Assembly (NCBI GenBank): GCA_026025795.1
Contig: JAPEUG010000105.1
Coordinates: forward strand, 1-45,454
Reading direction: 5' to 3'
Source of the DNA: Thelocarpon superellum
Lineage: Eukaryota
DNA length: 45,454 bases
A program made the position numbers and the translations under genes. Below are positions 35,614-45,454 of the stretch, piece after piece; the stretch's first letter is position 1; every line of letters begins with the position of its first letter. The notes beneath the pieces are model-generated. The model was given only the letters and a program-made list of their open reading frames with translations. It was not told the DNA's origin and searched no databases.

Positions 35614-38600
35614 GACGAACAGACGCAAAGGCGAAGCCGGCCAACGAGGTCCTGTCCGCCGAGCCTAGGAGCCGTCAGCACCAATCATCTCAATCCTGGC
35701 GCTCCTTCGCCATCCCTTCGGATTCAACGTGAGGCACGGCATCTGAGACTGCATGGCCCGTGAACTGACCGAGGATGGACCCGGCACGAGTGGCCTGGCA
35801 AGAGGGACGCTCGGTCGTTTTCTGTGCCGCCGGCGGCAAGAGCTCGAGCGGTCGCGCGCGGCGCGATCCTGCTGGTGTAGATAGTTCTGGCCCGGGGGGG
35901 GCTGATGATGGATGGGGGTGAATGCGCGCTATCGGGGCAGGCGGAGTGGACACCGCGCTTCGAGATACCACGTTCACTTACTTGGCCAGTACGATGAACC
36001 CCGTACCCCGTACTGGCTTCCGAATCCGGGCGTGTCAGAAGTCAACGGTCGGGCGGGTCTTGCGTCAGACCGGCTCTGGCGTTTCAGGCCTGCTCGGGAC
36101 TACTGCTCCTATCGGTAGGAGGAGGCTGCGTCGATGCATCTAATCGTACGACGAAGGGCGGATGCTCACGCTAAGCGAGCCGCCGCCACCTGGCAGTTTG
36201 GATCTCGCCACAGGATCTTCCTGCCGTTGCTGAGCCTCACCCTTACGCCCGGCCGAGGTCGTTGAGAAGGAAGATGAACGAGTGCATATTCTCACCCGTG
36301 CGTTTTATGAAACGGAGTAGGGTACGACCACGGGCCTGGGCCTTGAATTCGCTCGTGAGAATTGACCGGCCCTGTCGTGAGGTGGAGGCGCTCCGCAACT
36401 ATATGGGGAGCTCGCTTGACCACGAAATTCCGTTCCAGAAAACAACGCATATTGTCAGACAGACATCACGTATTCGAGTAGGAGCTATAATCACGGGTCA
36501 GATCTCTCTCGGAACACCAGATCTCTCAGATGTAGACCGAACAAGCAAGCAATGGGGCGACGGCCCTCTTGCGAGGAGAGCAGTGCGACGGTCGCAACCT
36601 GATCGCTCTGTTTACTGCCACCATCCGTCTCGGCGAAGCGAGAATCAATCGGAATTTCCCGAAATAGACCATGACAGGGTTCACGCTCGAGTACAGGGTC
36701 GCGTACACAGCCTTCAACCAGGATGGATACAAAGTTCGTCTCGACGGGCTCGAATCCTCCGGTTGCAATAAAGGAGCCGCTTGGACATGAGCCCTGTCGA
36801 GAACACGGAGAGAGTGATTGGCTGTGTACCAGGCACGAGGCCGACACGACTTCGGACTTTATGAGTTGGGACAGATGACTAGTCACTTGCTGCGTGTTTA
36901 CGCAGTAAAGCTGGAGCGAGCCTCGTCCACGAGTGACCACCTGATCGACACTGCACTGCCCAGATAGCTTCGCAGTGCGCCAGTCCGGGAGGTTAGGCTC
37001 TCCAGACCCGCTCATCTTCGTGAGGAGATGGTCAAGCCAGGAGGGGGCGGTAACACGCGCGACAGGTACAATCACGAGGTTCAGCTTTCTGTCAGCTGGT
37101 GTTGTTGCCGTTGCCACCGCTCAAGACTGCTTTTCGACTATTCTCATTGACGGTGGACACGTAATGTTTACATCTGGCCGACCATAGACACGAGCCCTGC
37201 ACATGCCCGAGACGCGTGGTGAGCAGTTCAACTCGGGCTCCGCAACATACTCGTAAGCCCGCCCGCCCGGCCTCAGATGCGCGCGCTGGCCGTCATTCTA
37301 CGCTCGCGTTCCTGAGGCGCCGCGGCACGCATGAAACGAGCCTTGGGGGGCAGGAAAGGCGTGATGGCGATGAAAAAAGGGACGCGCACTGCCAAGCTCC
37401 GCAACTCTACGATTGGTCGAGTTGTGGCTCTTGGTCGTCGGGCGGAGGGGGGCACCCCACGTCACCAAAGTTTGTCGGTAGCCTCACGATGGTTTGAATT
37501 GCATGATGTTTTATCCGTCTTCTCCCAGTACGCGGATTGGTGCCTGCCCTCTCATTTCCAGCTCGCCTACGGAGCACACGGCCGCACCTTGCGGCGCCGT
37601 GGGCCTGGCGCGGTGACGGTCGAGGCCGGAAGATCTCCAGACGACGTCGCGACTTCCCGGCCGTGCCGAGCGAGCGCGCTCCGCGTCCGGTCGCACCGTT
37701 GCTTGGTCGAGTGGTGATCGTGGACCTGCCATCACCGTCATTTCACGGAATGAGCAGGGGAGCCTCGCTAGCGTGGTGGAGGATCAATCATTCGTCATGA
37801 GCGCTGGTGGGAAGGATGCTGGCGTGCCTTGACGGCCCGCCTGGGATTGGGGTGGGCAGGTCGATTTGACTACTGTTTCATCGCCCGCCTCCACGTTTGT
37901 CGCTAGTGTGGCAGTCGATCTCGGGTCACGCTCTGGCAGTGTTTCATCACGGGCTCGAAAGCCACCCGAACGCCCACGGCTTGCACCACCGTGCCACCAC
38001 ACCACCGCGCCACCGTGTGCGGAGGATTATGCCACACTTATCCCAGATCCGACCAGCACGAGGTCCGTGTGCCGGGGCATTGTTGATCATGCTGCTCTGC
38101 CGTGTCGCGACGCCCCCGATCGTCGTTATGTGCGGAGTTTGAGAAGGTGGCATAAGTTATGAAGGAGCACGGACAGCGTCTGAACGATGAAGATCGGACG
38201 AGCGCACGGGCGGATGGCGCAGGAATGGGTGCGCGGATTGTGACAGCACTGGCATAACGCTCAGTATTATACACCGTAGCGGCCGAGCGTTGACAGCCAA
38301 GGACGACGGCGGAGCTTCGGCTCGCTATGGCGAACCAGTCACCATCCGCCGTCGGGCGCGCCACGGCCCACGCACCGCCGGCGACGAGCAGCGGTGGGAT
38401 GAGCTGGCCCAGGCGTTTTAGCATCGCCCTTGATTTCCTGACGACTTGACCCTAGCGACGGCCCCCCGGCGGCCATTCTCGGACGAGCGTGAGCCGCGGG
38501 TGGGGCCAAACAGGACAGGACACCAGCCACGACAACGGGGGCCGAAAGGCGGCCGGGCGACGGTGGAAGGGCGCAAATTGGCATGGGGCAGATTGACGAC

Positions 38601-38819
38601 GGTCCGGTGAGCCCCAAGCGTCGGCCCCCCGGAGCCTGGGTGGGCGCCAGGTGGGCGAAGTTCTGGCAGCGCTTACGGAACGAGGCGTCGCTACCAGACT
38701 TCCGCAACGCGACTACGGTCGTTGCGGTAAGTCGAGGAGCTGGCCGCTGCACGTAGTCGTGCTGTCGTCGCTCCCGCCCTGCCTCGGACCAGGGTCGGAA
38801 TGGGAGGGAGGCACCCGGT

Positions 38820-38840
38820 GATGGCTGATGGCTGATGGCT
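38820..38840. repeat. Tandem heptamer (GATGGCT)x3 upstream of Myb-4
   Basis: Direct reading of the sequence. Confidence 0.75.
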
Positions 38841-39267
38841 AAAGTTAGGGCCCGAGGCTCCTAGCCACAGCTGCCCTCCGCAGCAGCTGCTGGCGGCGAT
38901 GCATCGCCCTCCGCGACCTCATCTGGTCGCGGCACAGCGTGCAGCGCTGCCACCATCGTCATGGACATGAAACGACCCCGGTCGATGAGCTCCGCGCCCT
39001 ACGTCCGACGCCGACGGCGTCCGGCGTGCGCCATGTCCGTCGCGCCTTCAAAAGCTCCCCACCTGCCCGTCCCATCCGTCCTGTCACGTTTCGCTGGAAA
39101 CGACTCAAACACGCCCGCCGCCATCCGTCCCACCCCACGCCCCGCCCTTCTCGCCCTGAGGAATCCGCTCTGGTTGTCGCGGCTTACACTCATTTGCTCC
39201 CTGGTCCTCGCCTGGTCCACGCCGGATCGTCCCCGCCGAGACCCTCCCCGTGACACGCGGCGCATCA

Positions 39268-39273
39268 TATAAA
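39268..39273 (+). promoter_or_regulatory. Candidate TATA box (TATAAA) for Myb-4
   Basis: A TATAAA in an otherwise GC-rich region, about 145 nt upstream of ATG 39417 and followed by a pyrimidine-rich leader. Confidence 0.5.
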
Positions 39274-39416
39274 CCTGGCGCGTCCGCCCTCACCGCACCC
39301 TCATCCTTCCTCGCTCGGACGTTGCTCGACGGGCCCCCCTCCCCCCGGCGCACGCCCCCGTTGACGCCCTGGCTTCCCTCGATCTCTTCCCGCCGCACCG
39401 GCAGCATCCCAGCTCG

Positions 39417-40508
39417 ATGCTGGAGGACTTCTACCTGCACGAATTCGAAGCCATGAGCCAGTACAACGAGGCCGACTGGGTGCCCAATTGCACGGTACGT
39501 GCCCATCCGTGCCCGCTGTCGTCCTGCCACTGACCCTTCACCCCGTGTCCAGACCGCGCTGGGTCAGATCTCGTACTGCGTGGATGATACCTACCTCACC
39601 CCTCAGCTCACCTCCGCCGACACGGCCTCCTTTCCCGCCACCCCGGCGACCAACCGGCCCCGGAGCAGCGCCGGCTTCTACAACCAGGATGTGGAAGGGA
39701 TCGGGCGACGCCGCAGCCAGAGCGCTGGCTACTATACCCCGCATTTGGATGACCTCACCTATCACCAGGCTGGTCTTGGAATCAAGCACGAGAGTCCGCA
39801 GACCCTCAGCTTTGCCCCCCTTGACTTTGCCAAAGGCCCGGCCGGCTCGGCGGCGCCTCCCAACCACTTCTTCGGTAGCCTCCCTGTGCCGGACATGAGC
39901 TATGCGGCGCCGCGACTCGCCCCCGTTCCGATCGCGCCCAACCCGGCCGGTGGGCAGAAGCTTGGCTCGCTGAAGCGTGGCCGCGAGGACGAGACCAGCG
40001 CCGACGTGGCGGCCAAGCGCACGCGGCGATCGTCGGTCAACACGAACAACTTGGAACTGACTGAGGAAGAACGGCTCTTGCTGCAGCTGAAGGACGAGAT
40101 GAACCTCCCGTGGAAGGATATCGCGCTCCGGTTTCAAGTGGAGCTGGGCAAGAATCACCAAGTGCCCGCCTTACAGATGCGATACAAGCGGCTCCGGGAA
40201 CGTCTCCGGGTGTGGACCGAGGTTGATGTGAGTGCACCGTGCGACGGCCGCCGTCGGACCACAGCCATATCCATCGTCCTGACCACCACGCCCCACAGGT
40301 GCAAGCGCTGCAACAAGCTCGCGACTACTGGGAGAAGTTCAAATGGGACATCATCGCGCTCAAGATGCTGGACTTTGGCTGCTCGGAGAAATGGCCGGCC
40401 AAGTACTGCATCCGCAAGTGGGAAGAATTACACCCGGACGCCGACATGTCCAAGGAGCGGGCTGGCTCGGACCACGGCACGCCCGAGCTTCTGACGCCAC
40501 GCGGGTGA
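39417..40508 (+). CDS. Myb/SANT-like transcription factor (Myb-4); exons 39417-39494, 39553-40227, 40299-40508
   Basis: LTEEERLLLQLKDEMNLPWKDIALRFQVELGKNHQVPALQMRYKRLRERLRVWTEVD|VQALQQARDYWEKFKWDIIALKMLDFGCSEKWPAKYCIRKWEEL; introns 39495-39552 and 40228-40298 are canonical. Confidence 0.88.
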
Positions 40509-41136
40509 GACGTCTCTTGTCGATTTCGTCGTTGGCCCATGGAGCGAATCCCTTGGTTTGTCTATATCGTTCACGTGGGATTGGTCGGTTGTACATAGCG
40601 ACCGCCCGTCATGTTTCCCCTGTCTATTCCGGCGACCACGGCATCGGATCGCATCGCGTTGCATCGTGGCCGGCGTTCTCAGCATCGTTGCTATTCTGTC
40701 TGTTGACTGCTGTATCTACCTTGTACGGGAGACTGTTGATACCTGGCTGGACGCTGAACGTTGATGGAAATGACGCCCATGTGTATGCACGACGAGCCAT
40801 CCGGTCCTCACGTAGAGGGGCTAGCGAGGATGAAACTCGGTCTGATTGCATTTGAGTCTCTATATGCACAGGCTATATCTCGTAGGGAGGTCGATCTGCG
40901 GTCTGTTAGACGGAGCTCTTCGCGATCAAGGTCCAGAGGGAGCGATTCATCCACTCACCTCTTGACACGTGAGTACGCCCCTGCGGTAGATTCTCCCTCT
41001 TGTTTCTTCCTCCCCTCGGCGCCGGTAGCGTGCGCCGCGTGGGTAGGGCAGCTTGAGTCTGTGCATTGGTCTGCATCGTCGCGGCTCGTCCGACTTGCGG
41101 CGTCTAGGCGTCAGCGGTCAAGGAAGGCGTCGAGCA

Positions 41137-42561
41137 TCAAGGCGGAAGAGCAATCCCGGTGGAGGGCTGCCGCGCCATTTTCTCGACCACGGGCTCATCG
41201 TCCTCGGCAAAGCCCACGCGTTTCGTCGCCGTAGCAGGCCGGCTCATCTCCTCCAGTACGTCGCCGTTCCACGGTTTGCACTCGCGAACCAGCTCGCCGC
41301 AGCGCAGACAGATCCAGCCCTCGCCCTCCTCGGCCTCCAGGCGCTGGCCGAGACACACGAAGCAGTAGATGCATCCGCATGGGATGGTCTCGTAGGGGTT
41401 GGTGACGTCGGTTTGGGCCGAGCCCACCACGCCTCCGGAGGCGCCGGACACGGCCAGGATCTCGCTCTCGGACGTGGAGGTGGGGTTTTGGTCCTGGTAG
41501 CAGATGGCACACGTGCGCTCGGGGAGGAAGGCCAGCTCGCCGCCTTTGTTCTCGTCTGCTTCGTCGGCTGCTCCGGTGCGTCGTCCGAGCGACTTGACGC
41601 TGCGCCAGGCCCGCGCGAGCCAACGCCGCCATCGCCCGATGCCGACTAAGGGGAGGACGAAGAGGAGGAATTCGGTAAAGGCGTGCCACACCAGCTGCCG
41701 GTTGAGGTACTCGAAGGAGACCTCGCGGCTGATCTGGCTGGTGGGCGGCATCAAGCGCAGGCGTAAGACGCGGTCGAGGAGGGTCCGGTATTTGCCATTG
41801 ACCAGGAAGACGAGGAAAGAGGCAAAGGCCGCGACGGAATGGAAGTTTGATAACAGCATTGTCATCTTGGACAGCAGTCGAACATTGGGCGGCGGCTAAA
41901 CGATTGCTGGTCAGCGACGGAAGTATCACTGGCAAGTCGGCAAAACTACCTCCTCGTACCCGCCGTCTTGGTCCGTCAACCAGTTCTCCCACTTGCCCCA
42001 GGCGTACTTGCCCCCTACCGTAACAAGGCCATACGCCCCCTTCTGCCACCTGGACGGCGACACGTGGACCAAGCTTTGCTTCCTGGCATCGGTATATCTG
42101 AGGTTCTGGAGCGCCGCCCCATAGGTGGCGTCATGGTCCCAGAGGCTGAGCTTGAAGAGGATCGTTCGAAGAATGAGGAGGATCTCGGCCGACCAATCCT
42201 CCGTTAGATGTGACTGTCAGCCCGGTCAGCACGGCTGGATGGGGACGTGACGTGGACGGACGCGACCTACCCCGAAGTACTTGAGCGCTTCCCCCACGTG
42301 GCTCTTCAGCAGCGCCAACAGCTCTTCGTCGAGGAGTTCGGCGTCGACCTGGCCCACGCGGAAGGCGGGCTGGGTCCCCTCCCGCCCACTGATGCGCGAC
42401 CACACATGCGCGCCCGAGAGGCGTAGGCCGTCCAATCGCGTCGATGGACCTGCGATCGCAGTTGGACCTGATCGCACTTCGGCCGCCTGGACTGCGGCTT
42501 GTCTGGCCTGGCGACGCGCCGCCAGCCGCTGCTGCGCTTGCAAGAAATCACTCGACGTCAT
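41137..42561 (-). CDS. PEX2: Peroxin 2, RING E3 ligase; exons 42561-42271, 42213-41950, 41895-41137
   Basis: FRVGQVDAELLDEEL, ATYGAALQNLRY, VSFEYLNRQLVWHAFTEFLLF; split RING CAICY...IPCGCIYCFVC...WICLRC. Confidence 0.95.
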
Positions 42562-43221
42562 GAGAACAACATGGTGGAGCTTGAAGCTCCCAGGAAGATG
42601 GGACGGGGGATACGAATACAGGCATTCGTGACCTGCGTCAGGAAAGCGACTTGGCTCGCTCGAGCCGAGGTGGATGAGATCGACGGCAGTTTGCCGGGGA
42701 CGAGTTTGCTCAATTTGCTCAGCGGCGCCCCGTAGCCGGAGTCGCTTCCCGCTCCTCACCCATCGGCCTGACACGCCGCGCACTGCGAGTCACGGGGTCG
42801 CTAACTGGTGGGAGCAATGGCCATTATACTGGTCCGTGCTTGGTACAAATGGCACGGCCAATCGTCGCTAACAACCTGATGCTTTAGAGGACGAGTACTG
42901 GACACTGTCCAAGTCATTCGGCGCTGAGCTGGCATGTAGACAGTCGCTACGCTCTCGGTGGATCATGCCGATATAGACCGCAACCGCGGTGACGCACATG
43001 TCGTGACGCATACAATCAATCTGTCGGAAGAAAACCAAACCCTGCAGTTGACCCAGCCGTCCAATGCCCATCGTCTCGTGATGCACTGCTCCTGCAAGAT
43101 CCCACCGCTCTCTCCCTGATGATGCTAAGCACTGTGTTTGATCTGCGCAGCAGCTCGGGTTCTTGCGTGTATCGTCCATTCCGGAAGGAAGACCGGTCAA
43201 CCGAGACATCCGGAGCCAGTC

Positions 43222-45454
43222 ATGGACGGGCCCATCGAGCTGCCCGCCGATGCCAATCCGTTGACCGTCCAACAGCTATTTCAGACCCTTCAATCCGCCG
43301 TCTCCTCGCAGCAGCTGCAGATTCGAGTTGGCGGGCAGCAGTTGCAGACGTGGGAGCGGGAGAAGGGCTATTACAGTTTGCTCCAGGTACGTGACCATGC
43401 CATTGACGTACCCGTGGCCCATCAAGATGCTCAACCCTGGCACCAGGACATCTTCATTGACCGGAGCTTGCCCTATGATATCCGTCACCTCGCCATCATC
43501 CAGCTGAAGAATGGCATCGACAAGTACTGGCGGAAGACGGCGGCCTCGTACGTTCCCCTCCCCTCCCTCCTGGGGGAATATCTGTCAGCCCGCCAAGTGC
43601 CTTGGCTGATCCTGTCCCTAGGGCTGTCTCCCAAGAGGAGAAGCAATACATTCGCTCCAGGTTATTGGACGCCGGCGTAGATGAGGCCGACCACCAACTC
43701 GGTCTGCAGAATGCCCTGGTCATCTCCAAGATTGTCCGATTTGAATTTCCCACCGATTGGTATCCTTCCCGCGCAGACGTGCTTGGATCATGGCCCCCTC
43801 GCACCACGCGGCCTTGCTGACGTTGAGGCAGGCCTGATGTCATCACCTCCATCGTCGCCCGGCTGCGATCGGCCACGGTGCCCGGCGCTAATCCCGGCCA
43901 CTTGCCGCGTCTGCTGCTCATTCTGCTTCGCATCGTCAAGGAGTTGTCCACGGCCCGCCTCCAACGATCACGCGCGAGCCTACAATCTGTCACGCCTGAG
44001 ATCATCTACGTGCTGGGTCGCATCTACATCGAGAAAGTGCAGCGATGGCGGACCTTTCTGACTCAAGGTGGAGACGACGAGGGTGGGGCGATGGATGACC
44101 TCGAGCAGAGCCTGCTGGCGGTCAAGGTCCTCCGTCGCCTGCTCATCGCCGGATACGAGTTTCCCAACCGCGATAAGGATGTTCAGGAATTCTGGGTGGT
44201 GACGCGAGACCAGTTCGGTGACTTCTTAGGACTAGTCACCCGCGACGACGCCCTCGCTCCCCACGTCACGCAACTACTGGGCAAGATCTTGATCCAGCTG
44301 GCGAAGCTGCATGTTGATATGGCCAAGACGCACCCGGCTGCCTTTGCTCTTCTCCCCGACTCCGTCGGTCTCACACGGGCGTACTGGGGGCTCGTGTTTC
44401 AGTTTGGACTAGACTTCGGCTCCAAATTCGCCGTCCTTCCGTCCGCAGTCCAGAGCAGCGGCGACGTGGACGACGGGAAGCCTCTGACCGAACGACTGAG
44501 TCTACAGGGGTTGCTGTTGTGCCGATCCTGCGTTAAGATGGCCTGCAGCCCGACTAAGAGCTTCAAGTATCGACACGAGCAGGAGCGGGAGGAACAGAAA
44601 CAATCCATCGACCTCATCAAGTCGGATTTGCTGACCGATGAACTCGTCCGCCAAGTCATGGAGGCCCTCGTCACACGCTTCTTCGTCTTCCGTGAGAGCG
44701 ACCTACGCGACTGGGAAGAGGAGCCGGAGGAGTGGGAGGCCCGGGAAGAAGGGGAGGGCGACGCGTGGGAATACTCGATCCGCGGCGTGTCGGAAAAGCT
44801 CTTCCTCGACCTGATCATCTACTATAAAGACTCCTTGGTCCAGCCCTTGCTGGCCGTATTCCTCTCCGTGTCCTCGCCCGGCACGGATAACATTCTCTTC
44901 AAAGACTCCATCTACACTGCCGTAGGGCTGGCCGCGTCGGTATTGCAACGCGACCTCGACTTCGATGCTTTCCTTACCTCCACGCTCGTGGCCGAGGTGC
45001 AAACGCAGCAGCCGGGGTTTAACGTGCTCCGCCGACGGATTGCCATCCTCCTCGGGCAATGGACCCCGGTCAAGATCGCCGGGGCGAACCGGTCGGTGGT
45101 GTATCAGATCTTCGCCCATCTGTTGAACGCGGACGATCCGCTCAACGACGAGGTCGTCCGGATCACAGCAGGCCGGCAGCTGAAGCATGTGGCCGACGAG
45201 TGGGAATTCGCCGCGGCACCCTTCCTCCCCTACGCGCCCGACGTGCTGGGCCGTCTGATGGCGCTGATCCGAGAGATCGAGCTGACGGAGACCAAGATGG
45301 CCTTACTCAACACCGTGAGCGTCATCGTCGAGCGCATGGAACATCACATCACCCCCTTCGCCGAGGAGATCGTCGCCCTCCTGCCACCCCTGTGGGAGCA
45401 ATCCGGCGAGACGCACCTGATGAAGCAGGCTATCCTTGCCCTTTTCACCCGGCT
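43222..45454 (+). CDS. KAP120: Importin-beta family karyopherin (importin-11/Kap120-like), 3'-truncated by the window; exons 43222-43386, 43447-43547, 43622-43759, 43832->45454
   Basis: IBN_N domain (QLQTWEREKGYYSLLQ|DIFIDRSL...LAIIQLKNGIDKYWRK), KIVRFEFPTDW|PDVI, DLRDWEEEPEEWE, VLRRRIAILLGQW; the last exon stays open to the window end. Confidence 0.9.

Noticed and set aside
40505..40764. Extra intron (GTGAGA at 40505) extending Myb-4 past its stop
   Set aside because: No convincing branch point, and the extended peptide does not look conserved or protein-like.
43387..43446. 60-nt in-frame, stop-free segment in KAP120 treated as coding by the ORF track
   Set aside because: It has GTACGT donor, GCTCAA branch-like site and CAG acceptor, and removing it restores the IBN_N alignment; most likely an ordinary intron.

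Overview
GC-rich, intron-containing genomic DNA from a filamentous ascomycete (Pezizomycotina-type genes, GT-AG introns with CTRAY branch points). Gene order: PRP8 (+, intein-free), COX4 (-), Myb-1 (-), Myb-2 (-), Myb-3 (+), a low-complexity hypothetical protein (+), RPS19 (-), a membrane-anchor/alpha-beta-hydrolase/PIR1-like phosphatase fusion (-), a dihydroxy-acid dehydratase (+), DOM34/pelota (-), ERD2 (-), Myb-4 (+), PEX2 (-) and the 5' part of importin-11/KAP120 (+). Gene models were rebuilt by hand from splice signals. The most notable observation is a cluster of four highly diverged Myb/SANT transcription-factor genes. All four carry a phase-0 intron at the same position of a Myb repeat, and all have unusually long (3.4-4.7 kb) upstream regions containing short tandem arrays, which suggests an ancient paralogous regulator cluster. 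Other candidates are a non-AUG (UUG) mitochondrial-presequence extension and an 8-nt microexon in the dehydratase gene, an uncharacterised hydrolase/RNA-5'-phosphatase-like fusion, and structured introns in COX4 and RPS19. No tRNA, rRNA, CRISPR or transposon could be supported.
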